Positions 11,691-24,883 are shown, counted from the first letter of the stretch. The stretch is 64,000 nucleotides of DNA from Callorhinchus milii (GCF_018977255.1 NW_024704768.1:1674001-1738000); one strand, 5' to 3'. Translations and numbers: made by a program. The notes: a model not told the origin generated them from the sequence alone.

Positions 11691-14600
11691 GCATCCTCAT
11701 GTAAATAAGTCTTTCCACCGGTAATAACACAGTTGTATAAAAATGTACCTCACTTAATATTTTTTGTTTACTGAAAGCCGTAATACCGGAAGTTTGAGGT
11801 TGACTTACTGTTTCATATTACTCTAGATTTGCTGACATTTGTGGGGCAGAAATTCAAGTTGCATTGCGATTTTGCCCCCTTATTATTTCTAACTACGTTT
11901 TCATTCGGCTTAGGTTCTGCCTGTTAATTCGTGAGGTTACTTCACCTGATTACATTGTGCCTGAAGGGATTTGTGTTGTAACCGTTCAACTGCCTCATTA
12001 TAGCTCTAACATATCTATGTACATCAGGCGACTTAGGTTGCATGCCTCACTCACTCACTATCGATTGGGTGCACTCTCAAGACTTTTTTTTGCTCACAGC
12101 TCAAATAAAACATTTCACTTTTCCGTCAACTTGACCTGTTTATTCCATTCATAAGCAATCGCTCTGAAACACATTAGAGCACCCCCCCCCCTTCTCATTT
12201 GATACAGATTCCAAATGTTAAATGATTATAAGTTTAATTTCCACAGGTAGCTCGACTTCTTTCGACAAGCTATACATTGACATCATGTATATTTGTAAAG
12301 TTACAACAGAGATCATTGTCGATCGATTATTTTTATCGCCCAAACTCAAAAGAACCAGTCACAGATGTCAAACAAATATCGCAGGTTCCAGTCGGCATCG
12401 ATTTTTTTTAAGAGAGAAAACTAATTTGATTAAAAGGTCGATGAAAGTAAAAATTGGATTAAAACTTTATTACCATGTCTGGCTGTTAACAGCTTGCAAT
12501 AATCATACCCCCACCACCCCCCACCCCTTCTCATCCTGAAGCAGCCTCCTGGCTCCTGGTAGACTCCTACTCACCAATGCGCATGTACACCGGATGACAC
12601 GCCAATAGTGTTTGCAGATGAACACACAACGCGGAATTGTAACGCGATTTAAACAACACTGTAAAAAAACGGACAGCGTCGTGTCTGCATTGTGCAAACA
12701 CTCCTTTTAAACTACGTTAAACGTGTGTGTGTGTGTATATATATGTGTATATATTAAAAATGCACAAGCCCGTCAGAATAAGTCTGAGCTCTCAACCCCT
12801 TATTCCACAGCAAAAGGTCTGTCACATTATATCCGCTTTAAACATAGTTAGGTTTTCTTTTTAAAAAAATGTTTCTGCTAAACTGAGTACAAGAAAAGAA
12901 CTAACTTACTGCAAGCGACCGGGTTCCGATGGCGTAGATATAACTACAACGGACGCGGACATAAACTGCATAATCCACACTAAAAGCTTTGTCTGTCTGT
13001 CCCGGCATAAAAAGGCGAAGCAGCTGTAATGGTGGGCAGTTAAGATTATATACGATGTAAATACATTGTGGTTTGTCAGCTCGTCAACCCATAAAACTTA
13101 CTTTAATTGCATCACGTGCTCTCTCAGAGCCAGTCAGGGCATTTGCTTTGGGGCATTGACATAAATAACGTTCTAACTTTAAAACTACTAAATCCATTTA
13201 GAGCCGATGTTGGTGCCTTAAAGTTAGGGCACGTTTTTTTNGGCCAAAAACTGAGGTCTCGTCTTGGATTTTGGCCCCGACAAATGCCAGGAGTCTCTGT
13301 TTTGGAGCAAAAAAAAAGGGGTGTCCACAAAGCGAGTGTCTACTTGTTCCAGTGAAGGGAAGGTGGTAAGTAAAATGTTAAACTCGACTTGTTGCAACAA
13401 CTCTTTCAAGAGTAGAAGTTTAGAGTAGGAGCGTACAGTTAGTTGGACGTCTTGTTGAACCTGCTCAGCTACTAACTCAAACCCAACTTCTTGATGACAG
13501 AGAACCCGGCAGCTACAGAACTAATTTGGAGAAAGAGGGAGAAAAGGAACTATAAATCTGAATTTTCCCAACCAGCATACGTTTTGAGTAGTCCGCTTAT
13601 CAGCTCAGTTAAAAACTAAAAACTTTCATTCCGATTTCCCAGGTCGGTCTTAAGTATATACAGTATGAACACCTACTTCCGGTAACAACCAGGAATGTAA
13701 TAGAAATTCCGACTGTTTCATACGGTTGTATCTTCAGATCTGAAAAAAAAGTGGGAATGCCCCCTTGGCTATTGAGATGCACAGCGCCACAGAATAACTA
13801 GCAAACTGAGAATGCTTTTCTGACAAGAAATGCCACTCACCGCTTCCAACAGAAATGACAAGCATTCGCTGAACGCTTTTGGCTGTCCAGACGTTTGATC
13901 TACAAACCTGCGCATATTGCATCGTGTGCAAAAAAAACTTCAAAAAGTTGAGTCAAGATCTTTTTAAAAAAAGTGGCGAAACGAAGCTTAGAATGAAGGA
14001 TTTCCCCTTGAAAAAAAGTTACGTCGTCTGAATTGGAGCACTCTTTTTAAAAACAAACTAACCTGTGACTTGCCATAAGTATGTAGTCAATATGTATATA
14101 GTTTAGGCCCAGTGTACTTCACTGAGCGAGATAGAGTTTAATCAGAGAAAGGGGCCCTTTTATTTTCCGTTGCTTTGTTTTCTGAAATGAGTATTGTTTG
14201 GTTGGGTCATATATGGCCCCGGCTGAGATGCCAATTTGACTTCTCATTCACACCTGCCTTATTCAGCCTCTATGGACTACAATGGGCTGGATATCTGGAA
14301 ATGGATTTGCAACAGATGTTTGGGGTGCAATCCGGAAGATTTACCTTAACCTGAAATCCTTTACTTTTAAAAAAAAGGCTCCGGCTTCCTCAATTACACA
14401 ACAGCCTCTAGTACAGGAAATGGTCCTATTGTGTTAGTGCTTCAGAAGAACGCTATAAAGTGGCGGTGGATTGTTTTATTGAGCAATTTGACTACAAAGT
14501 TGCCCGTTAACTATTCTCTGCCACTTCAAAGGAACACACAAAGGCAGTTGGGCAAGCGGATGGGGCAGATTTGCACACACACACACACACACTATATATA

Positions 14601-15614
14601 TATATATTTATATATAACGCACAGAGAAAAGCTTGCAGATTGCAGGATGTTTTAAAAGTTTGATCTAAAGTCGGATTTCGCAATGAGATCCAATTCAAAT
14701 CACCCAGAAAAGGGACGGTCTGATCACGTGATGGTTTAGAGTGTTTTTTTGTTAAGAACCCAAATTAGCTTTTTTTTTAAACAGAAAGGGGACCAAGGAA
14801 TACAAAACGTAGCAGACAACGTAGACGAGGTTAAGTAATCTGTAAAACAGCACTGAATACAATACGCTTTTATACAAGGCTTAACTTCTGAAAAATGAGA
14901 GAATACACCAAATTCATTTTGCTATTCTTATTGTCACGTTTTTTCCTTTTATACACACAATGTATTAAAAGAAAATCGGTTTTGAATCGCAATCGTTTTG
15001 AAGCTTCAACTGCAACCGAGGGGAAAAGATTGGGGCTGGCGGAGAACTTTCCTTTGTGGAGAGAAATTAAGACATTTTAGGGATAACGATAGATCCTACC
15101 TGACATTCAATTTGGGAAACCAACCGCTTTTATTTTCAACAAGACATAAATTAGAAAAAAGCACCTTCCAAAAAAAAATCGATAAATACAAACAGGCGAA
15201 GTAACATTTAACTCCGTGTGTGCGCACCAACCTCTCCCCCACCCCCATCGGTAAAACCTGGACACATTTGTGAAAGGCAATTTTGGGAGGCTCCCTCCTA
15301 CAGTAGAGGTCTTAGTGGTGTAGCTTAGACTAAAACTTACACAGATAATTATTTCGTTAAAGATGAATGCAGATATTGTCCTTGTTTGGAGATTTAAATT
15401 GCTATCATTTTGTTGCTCTCTCCTCCCACAATCGCACGAGTAGGACCGCGATTTAAGTTTCTTTTGAAACGCTGACAGTCCAGTCCAATGGACATTTTAG
15501 TACCTCTTTTATGAGTAAGACTTTTTTTATTTAAAAAAAATGAGGTTTTCTTTTGGACAGCAGCAAAAAGAAGTATATTCCTACTCCCCCGTCTCCCCCA
15601 CCCCCCCGGGCTCT

Positions 15615-15841
15615 CTATCGATTGCCCCCACTCTTGGTTTTCGTGTCTTTTTTCCATTTCATTCGCCGGTTCTGGAACCAGATTTTAATTTGTCTCTCGT
15701 TCAGACATAAATTGCTGGCAATCTCCAGCCGCCTCCGACGCGTGAGGTATCTGTTGAAATGGAATTCTTTCTCGAGTTCCAAGGTCTGATATCGGGTATA
15801 ACAAGTCCTGGATCGCCTCCCTTCTGCTTTGCTCAGGGCGT
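15615..15841 (-). CDS. HOXC5: Homeobox protein Hox-C5, coding exon 2 (homeobox; missed by the ORF track)
   Basis: Hand translation after acceptor TTTGCAG|AC: [82 protein letters not shown] and NLCLNERQ are typical of HoxC5. Confidence 0.94.
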
Positions 15842-16309
15842 CTGCAAAGAAATATGAAGCAATTCACGTCTTATTGCAATGAACAAAAACAGCCAAAATG
15901 AATAGTTAGTGTTATTGATAATTTATAGTTTGAATGCATTTCAGTGAAAATACTCGCATTTCCCCTATTCTAACACTCACGTGTTCTTTAAGAGGTCTGT
16001 GTGCACAATAAATATATATGTATATACTTACATGTATATACAGTACATATATGTTATAGCAGCTAAACCCACATCCTCTCCCTAGTGATATATTAATATT
16101 ATAGGTTAGTGGGGATTTCTGGCACGCGTTTCTTTTCCTAACCAATTATTTTGCCATAATTTTTAGTATCCTTTAGGATCCGGGTTCGACAGGTTTACGA
16201 GGTATTGATATATTTTCCCTTACAATTTATGTCGTGAGATTTCATAATCTGTCTCGGCCCACTTATTAAACGCTAAAACAATAACAAAAAAAATCCCCAT
16301 TTCACAATT

Positions 16310-16435
16310 TTCGCCCACAAAATAGACAGTCAATTCACTTTACAGTATATATTCTGTGACGCGCTTTGAGATGTCTCAGGGACTTGATAAGGCGCTATAT
16401 CAAACGCAAGGATTGTTATTGTATTATTGTTATTA
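16310..16435 (+). mobile_element. 5'-truncated SINE tail inside the HoxC5 intron (antisense to gene)
   Basis: TTCGCCCACAAAATAGACAGTCAATTCACTTTACAG...GGCGCTATATCAAACGCAAGGATT. Confidence 0.85.
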
Positions 16436-16470
16436 CAGCAAAGTGCATTAGGGTGGAAGTTTATTTTTAC

Positions 16471-16939
16471 CATGGCTTAGATGGACCTTGGTCATCCAGG
16501 GATAGATCCGAGGTTGCTGTTGAGTCTGTCCCCTCTGCATGTGTGTCTCTCCGGTTTTTGGGCTGGGTTCCCTGACGATTTGGGGACTATTCTCGACTCC
16601 TTTGCCTCTCGTTGTCTGACAGTAAATCCCAGGATTAGGGGTAACCTCCTCCGCCTTCGATTGCCTCCTTTCGCTGCCCGGACCGTCCACCGAATCTCCC
16701 ATGGCCGGTGCAAATGGGCGATTGCCGGCGATTGCTGATATTGCCCCCTCGGCTGACTGGCAGTGTGAAACACGCGAGGCAGGCAAACTGATGTTGATAT
16801 CCAACCCACGATAAGAGTACCTGGGAGGACACATCAGCCGGCCTTGTAATGTCGATCCCTCAAGCCTCCAACCCTTCGTGGCACAACCCGAACCATTTTG
16901 ATCTTGTTTGCAAAATGAATTCGCAGAGTAAGAATTCAT
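16471..16939 (-). CDS. HOXC5: Homeobox protein Hox-C5, coding exon 1 (469 nt; spliced protein 231 aa)
   Basis: MNSYSANSFCKQ...RYSYRGLDINISLP...PRIYPWMTKVHLSH. Donor CATG|GTAAAA, phase 1. A second in-frame ATG lies 27 nt upstream at 16966. Confidence 0.92.
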
Positions 16940-17059
16940 CTGGCGTTTTGCTCGCGTTTGATTCATGGCAATTTGAGGGCAGGGGGTAAAATTCAATAGT
17001 TCAGCTTGTTTTTTTTTGGGGGGGGTGGGGGGAATTTGGCGACCTGCTAAATGAGGAAG

Positions 17060-17110
17060 AAGTTTCAATGGCATCACGTGTTTCTCCGAACCAGTCATGA
17101 ATAGCAAGAT
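17060..17110 (-). promoter_or_regulatory. HoxC5 proximal promoter module
   Basis: GCATCACGTG (E-box 17075-80), then CCAGTCA 10 nt later, ~140 nt upstream of the ATG. Confidence 0.55.
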
Positions 17111-17659
17111 TGCTCCCTTCTTTCTTTCTCCTGTTTTTTCATGTCAATGCGGGGCGGGGAGGGGGTGGGGGGGGGGGTTGGGAGTTGATGCATTTCCCCT
17201 CGTAGAATGGGTCTGATCGTGAAGAGCCCATTTCACAAGAGGAATCAAAGCGGGACATGAGGCGAGAGCGTCACCTGGCGCCAGTCACTGAGACACCACC
17301 GCACACCCAGAATGAACTCCCCCAAAAACCGACCTAAACATGTTACACAACACCAATGTAGACAGGCCGGGAGTCCATATTGCACAGATCCACATATTAA
17401 GTGCTGTAGGCCATAAGTAGGAGTTGCAACACGTTTGCATCGAAATCTATAACATTATTAGCTCATTCCACACACACACACACACACACACGTCAGTCAC
17501 TACCACTGGTTTACATCAGGGCTGGTGATGTCGAATCAATTCCTGTTGCAAGCAACTCTGGTTTCAGACCACTTCTGTCTGTCTGTCTGTCCTGACCTAT
17601 TGCATCTAATAGGATTGCAAGATGCGTTTCGGTGGAAAGTATGTGCGTTTTGCGTGTAA

Positions 17660-17692
17660 GAGAACAGACAGGTTGTGTGTGTGTGTGTATGT

Positions 17693-17740
<48 letters not shown>
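17660..17740. repeat. Compound (TG)n(AG)n microsatellite (one of many in the window)
   Basis: Directly visible. Similar tracts at ~2590-2655, 3645-3672, 3988-4020 (ACTC)n, 24850-24879, 33655-33690, 48085-48150 and 52710-52785. Confidence 0.9.
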
Positions 17741-19645
17741 AACACAAATGTGTTTGACTGAACACGACTGTGTGTGTCTGTATATGTGTATGAAACAGTA
17801 TGTGTCTATTTGATATGTGAGACAACATTTGTGTGGCAATGTGTGACAGAGAATGAGAGAGAACGTATTGGTACATTTGTGTGTTTGAGATATAGAAGCA
17901 ATTCTAAATACAGTCCCTTTTTTGTATAAATATGTTGCAAAAGTCGAAAGTAAACTAGTTTCGGCTGTACTGTTTGATTACACAGTACTAAAAGTTGCTC
18001 AGTCATCTTCACAATGATCCTATTCACGTTTTTACCAACAAATCGTTCATTTAGATTAATCATACAGCCAATATTTTGCTACTGTTACTTCTGAGAGCTA
18101 GTTTCCCCTTTTTTTTTCTTTTTCAATATGTTTTAAAAGATTCCGAACAATACGGAATGTACCATCCCTGGTGCTTGTACATTACTGTAAAACGCAACAC
18201 ATTTGCCACCGAAGTTGTCGCAAGCAAACTTGTTTTTCTTCTTAAAATCCGTCTAGAACTAAAGCTGACAAGCTTTTAAACAAAAGCATACTATAATAAA
18301 TATATTTAGAAGAATTGCGTGCACTTATGCTTTCCTGTTTATGTGGCTGCACTAAACACATATGTGGTCGCTTTGTGTTTTCATTTGTTGAAATCAAGAC
18401 AGAAAGTGAACAAATTCGCTTCCTCGATTTATGCGAGAGAGAAGCAGAGAGAGCGAAAGAGAGAGAGAAAAATAGAGAAAGAAAATGAAGCTAGCGAGGG
18501 CAAATGAAAGCAATTGCTTTCGAATATTTGGGGGCTGAAATTTCGAGCCCAGGCATATTGACTGACATTATTTAAGTCAGATTTTTTAAGTAAAAATATT
18601 GGAATAAAATGATAATTTTAGCCTCGTAGATACATTCTAGGCTACACCTTAGTAGAATGTATGTACTTGGTTCATTTATTGCAACATTGGAAGCATCCTT
18701 CCGGCCTTAATTTAGAAGGTTTATGGCTCTTATCTACCCCAATTTACCATTAGCTCATTCACCAAGAGGCCAACAATTAGGTTTGAGCCTCAATCTGTGT
18801 GCACAGTTATTTATTTATAAGGGCAAATCTGAATTTTGCTTTGTTGTTTAATGCTTAATTTGCAACTAATTCACCTCATGGCGTGTGTGTGTGTGTGTGT
18901 TGTGCATTGCCCGTGTTTCTCCCCATTTTATGAGTTTACAGGTACAGTTATGTGTTGTATCAATTTCCGTTGTGTAACTACACTCGGTTGGTGTATTTAC
19001 AGTGAGGTGTCCTCCCCTACATGCTCTTTCAATAGGATTTATTGTCAATCGTTTTCAATGTTGGTGTGATTTCTTCCAGTCATTTGTATACACACCCACA
19101 TGCAGACACACACACACACACACACACACATACTCGGCCTGCACAAACCCTTGAGTACAGAGGAAAATCTCTTTCGACTGTGTACCGCCACAGTTATAAA
19201 CAAAACCTGTCTTAGATTTGTTTGCAAGATAACCCCTAATGTTTTAAAAAAAACTTGACACAACTTCTGCTCTCTGCAATAAATTCAGTCTTTATCTCAT
19301 TGTAAGCTTGCCTTAAGCTACACGACAAACAAATACTCGCGGTGTCTCTAACTTTCAAAAAAAATAAGCACTTTATTAAATAATTAACATAGGTCCCTTT
19401 TTCACTGAAGACATAATTAAGACGGTTGAGTACATTTATAGCTAATGCTACCGTTGACTGGCATTCGGGCGCGTTTTTTCTCCTACTTTCTACAGAATGG
19501 GGACTATGCATAAATAAAATGTTCTCCTTCGCTCTAGCACCAACAGTTCCGATAGATCCAGGATGTGTGATTTTTTTAAAACTATTACATAACTTTGGGG
19601 AAGAGAATAATCTTTCCCAGAAAGGTGACTTTTCCCTCTTTTATT

Positions 19646-20029
<384 letters not shown>

Positions 20030-20501
20030 TTATAGGCAATTTACGCAGTAAAATGTAATCAATAAATAAACGTTAATTGTTTGTATTTTTTATCTGAAGG
20101 GCATCCCATTCTTTATATTACATTTGACACATCCGTTGTCCTGTTCAACCCATTATTATTGCTTTCATGTGAAAAATTCCTGCTTGCTGAACGAATTTTG
20201 GCCTTTTTTAAATATAATAATAGTAAGATTGCAATTTCCCTTGTGTTAACATGGATGAAGCAACGTAATTCAAGTTGTACAGCTAGGCTTAGTGATAAGC
20301 ATATTTTTATCTGCATCAAATCTAAATAAAGTGTTGGGTTTTAAGAGGCTAATTTCGGATTGGGTTGCTGGTGTGAGATGCAATCTAAGATAGATGCCTT
20401 CAGTTAGATATAGAGTGCAGTATACAAGTAGCTGTCTATAGGTTCACATATATACCGTTTATCTAACCATAAATTGACTATGAAACGTCTCCAATACTCA
20501 C

Positions 20502-20901
20502 CACTGTGTGAGTTGACTCGTTGCATCCAGGGATATATTGGGAAATTGCTTTTCTCTTCTTGTGCTGAGCGCCTGATATGTTCCCCATTGAGATCTTGGG
20601 CAATGGGGTTGTCTGTATTGTTTCCCAATGCGTTTTGCCTGCAGCTGGCTGGCAGATCTTTTTCCTGGTAAAACGCGTTGGATCCGTAGTCAAATGGCGC
20701 TCGGCCGGAGCCGAACACCACATTTTCTTGTGTGGAATAATACGGAGAGGAATAAATTCTGCCCTGGGACACAGCAGCCCCGTACGTGGAAAAGTGCCTG
20801 ACTGGATCAAAAGCGGCTGAATTTAACCCGGCGCTGGGTAAGATCTCTTGGCCGCTGGCTAAATGGCAAGGCAACGATGGGTTTGCAAAATAGGAATTCA
20901 T
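20502..20901 (-). CDS. HOXC6: Homeobox protein Hox-C6, coding exon 1 (400 nt; spliced protein 219 aa)
   Basis: MNSYFANPSLPCHLASGQEILP...FDPVRHFSTYGAAV...IYPWMQRVNSHS. Donor AGTG|GTGAGT, phase 1. Confidence 0.96.
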
Positions 20902-21065
20902 AGCTCAAGCCTTGCCTTTATTATTGAATGATTTTTCAATAATATTTTTTCTGGACTCGAGTTTACAGACTGTAACAAGATTGTTATAAGGGACGGCTCC
21001 ACTACAAGGCAGACAAAATGACAACGTCAGCTGACTCGATTCTGACCAATAACAACCTGTGTGTC
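20902..21065 (-). promoter_or_regulatory. HoxC6 proximal promoter and 5'UTR
   Basis: Leader TTTTGTCTGCCTTGTAGTGGAGCCGTCCCTTATAAC resembles the recalled start of the human HOXC6 long-form mRNA. CAGCTG (21028-33) and CCAAT (21046-50) lie just upstream. Confidence 0.65.
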
Positions 21066-24000
21066 ATGGACGAGAGGGGGGGTTTGGGGGGTTTGGGGGG
21101 GTGGGGGGTGAATTGTTCTGCTTGACTCAAGACTCCCAAGACAAACAGAGTGAAAGTACGCGAAATCCGAGGCAGCTTTACGTCTTGTATTTTTTTTATA
21201 TATGTATAAAAAACCCTTAACAATCCAAATGAAAGGTAGGATTGCAAAACAAGCCACAGCGCCATGGCTGGACAATTTCCTACCTTTTACATGAATAATA
21301 TTGCTATTTCTAGGGAAAAAAAATAAGGGGAGGGGAAAATACAAAATTGCTGCCTGAATTTTATTTGAGGTTATTTGCTTCAACGTGCGTTTACAGACAT
21401 GAGCTCCTTGAAGTAATATATTTTGGATGGTGCTCTTGAATTGTAAAGGGATAGAAAGAAAGACACACGTGTTGTTACAGATCTTTATCTTAAATATTGT
21501 GTAACATCCTGATTGACCTGTTTTCCTTCCAAAGATAACCTCCCATAGCAAATCTGAATATGGTTTTACATATATGCTTCACACGTCTTTTTGCTCTCTC
21601 TCTCTCTCCCTAGAAATCGTATCGAATAATCAAATTACGATGAAATATATCAGGCTTGAGGGTAAAAAAAACAGCAACACTACTGCAAAAAGCAAAGATT
21701 TTTTTTATCCTTTAGCTCTCGAAGTTTCTTGCTTAATTTTTAAAAAAATCTGAGAAATCTGGTCCCTGAGTTTCCTAATGCACAAATTCAACTTTTAGGT
21801 ATATTAAAAGGACAGAATGGGAAGTCGATGTTGTGCATTAATTAGCATTATATACTTTTTCAAAATGGGGGGGGGAGCCAATAAAAACGTTCTAACTTCA
21901 GCCCACAATAAACCGTTTGCTGATAAGAAACCATTTTTAGTTTGTCGAGGAATCTAAGTTTATTGGCAGCCCCTCCCCCCTGTATTGTAGTTATTGAGAT
22001 TCGAGGTTTCCTTGCACTAAATTCCTAATAATCTGCATCAAAGAAAATGTTCTATTGTTTGCTTGGGTGGAGAGGGAAGAGGGAAAGATAATTCCAAATT
22101 GCCCCCTAAATATCTAACTCTCTAAGACGAGCAGCTCACAAGCATTCTATTAAAAAAAACACAACTTTATTCTCCTTGCTTCTCATCTCTTCTCCCCTTT
22201 CTATCCTATTAAATTCGTTTTTGTTCGACTATTGTGTCAGGCTTTATTCGCTGTGAGTGTGCAAGCATGGCAAGTTTGCCTGCACTGTGTTCCACAATAT
22301 AGCTAGCTGCATGTTTATTTTGTGCAAGCTATTCAGAGTAACACTTTCAGTGGCGTTTTTGACTTTCACAACATCTCACCAAATGCTTCAATCGTTTGAA
22401 ATTAATCTAGAGGAAAATAGCTGTCTTTTTTAAAGAACCCCCCCACCACCCCCCGAAGTTTATAGCCTTTTATATATGAACATGAAACCAATAAAGAGAA
22501 GTACTTCATGAGTCTTTAGGTCAAAGGTTTTCCTACTAGCAAAACGCGTTCTTTTTTCTCTCTCTCTCTCTCTCTCTCACTCTGTCTGAGCTGAAACGAA
22601 AATTGGCTTCATAATTTAAAACATCATTTGACTGAAACTCTTACCAGACGCGCAAAAAGAAAGCCTTTTTTGCCACAATGAAGGAGAACATGTGAGAAAG
22701 GGAGGGAAACACACACACAACACACACAGTCTAGCCTGTCTGTCTGCCTGTCTGTCTGTCTGTCTGTCGTTCTGTTGATATTGTATATCTGTTCATACTT
22801 TCTGAAACGTATTTGTAATTTTAGCCCCCTAACTCCTGAAGCCCCTTATGATCAAAGTCAGCGTGCTTTGACTATAATTAAACCCATTTATGGTAAAGCA
22901 TTTTTTAAGAAAACAAACACAAATTGAATAAGCCGTTCGCTACTTCTTTCGGTTATTACCAGTATTGATTTAATTAAAGCTAAACAACTATATTAAGCCA
23001 GTTAATTGATGAATGTTTCCTGGGAACTTGCTTTGAAGATTATTGAAATAAATTGTCGAATTTCTGTTGTTGCTGGCTGCTTGCATGCTGAACCATTGAT
23101 CGCCATTGACTCGAGGTTTGAAGATAAGACAGCAATTATATGCCTCAAAAATAGGCAATATTTAGAGAGACGTTAACTTATGAAAAAAAACAACAGTTTA
23201 AATACTTACCTCCCCCTACACTAATATATATATATATATATATATATAACACTGGGGTTAAGTAAAGCGTTGATTTTTGTCAATAACCGTTCTTCACAAT
23301 TGCGAATTATTGACCGACTGTTCTCTTCATGTAAAGCCGCTGTGCACCAGTTATGCAGTCAATTTCTTGCATATAGTTGCAAGGTGTATTTCTTTAATTG
23401 TGCTCTTTCTTTTGTGTCTGTTTTAGGGGTATTTTTTTGGACTGAGTGGCCGGAACCTCTTGTGCAGGGCTGCACACAATGAGCCTGGCGCAAGACTGTT
23501 TGTGAGCTCGGAGCTGGCTGGGCTACAGGCCTGGAGGAAAAGCTTTGCTGAGGACAGAACTCTTTCGACAATGTAATGTTACATTTTTAAAAAAAAAACT
23601 ATTCTCTGAATGTATCTTGTGTGCAAATAGTACCGTGACTGCATTTCTGTCCACACCAGTAACCTGAAAATATCGAGCGATTTTTTTTGAATTAAAAAAA
23701 AACATAATAAGGTTTATTCCACACGCGTTCTCTCTTTCAACCTATTGTGTCTTATATCCGTCATTGCGGGTTTATGAAAGTTATCGCGTTATCTCCAAAC
23801 CTTTAACCGCAGTATATATGTATCAAAATACAAAAGTTTACTTTTTTCTTTAAAATCAAGTCAGTTATTTAGTTACCTAAAGCAATGAACACCGTTTTGC
23901 AAACCCGATTCTCTATTGTAACCCCCACCCACCTCACCCCCCAACAGCATGGAAAGAAGCTTGTTATCTTTGTATGGTTACTTCACGTTTGCAATCCGGT

Positions 24001-24850
24001 TTATGCCCTATTTAGCCAACAGTAATAACGATTCATTTTATCCAATAAACAGTTATATTCCTGTGAACTGCTCTTTTTTCCCATAAATCAGATGATTCAT
24101 TCAGATAAAACAAGTCTATAAACTTCACTGTGGTTTTAAAGGAAGATTATGAAACGTATATAGATACATTTGCATATGTATTTTATTTTGGTGTGCGTTT
24201 TCCAGATAAAGGGCCTTCTTGAATAATGCAAAAATGACTAGAAAATGACAACCTTTGATGCAAAAAAAAAATGGCTATTTGAACAGTGTTGTTTGTGTGT
24301 GGCTTTCTTTTTTTTAAAAAAAGAGGGGGGGGGGTGGGGGGATAAACACAACGAATAAAACTTTGTATTTTCAATTCAAATATGGTATCGTTTGTGTTGT
24401 GTTTATTTTCGCTAAAGGGGGAGACCTCCTGTCACTATAAAACTGCTTAACCTCTTGTGGTTCATAGTTACAGTGCGCCATGTCCTGACTGGAGACCATC
24501 ACGTGGTGGCAGCACGGCTGAACACGTTAAAATTCATGAAAAATACATGAAACACCAGAGTCCAGCGCACAAAGGGGGAAAATAACAGGCTTTACAGCTT
24601 TTTTTTCCAATTAAATTCGCAATTTTTTCTTTTTCCCCTTCTGTAAAAATTCTTCGGTCAAATTCTTTATGACTTACACCACTCGCCCAGTCTGGTGTCG
24701 CAGGGACCCGAATTACTCAAACGCACCCCCTCTCGTTTATTTAAATGAAGATCGTACCTAACACCTACAACATTTGTGAATTAAAATTAAAATTGCCCTG
24801 TATATTGGACCACCACAGCAAGTCTCAGCGGTGTCATGGGCTCTCTGCAG

Positions 24851-24883
<33 letters not shown>

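Noticed and set aside
15553-15789. Plus-strand ORFs opposite the homeoboxes (also 19426-19821, 34143-34358, 53398-53598)
   Set aside because: These are antisense shadows of homeobox codon structure with no independent coding evidence.
15842-16470. mir-615 in the HoxC5 intron
   Set aside because: No GC-rich hairpin is present, and mir-615 is mammal-restricted.
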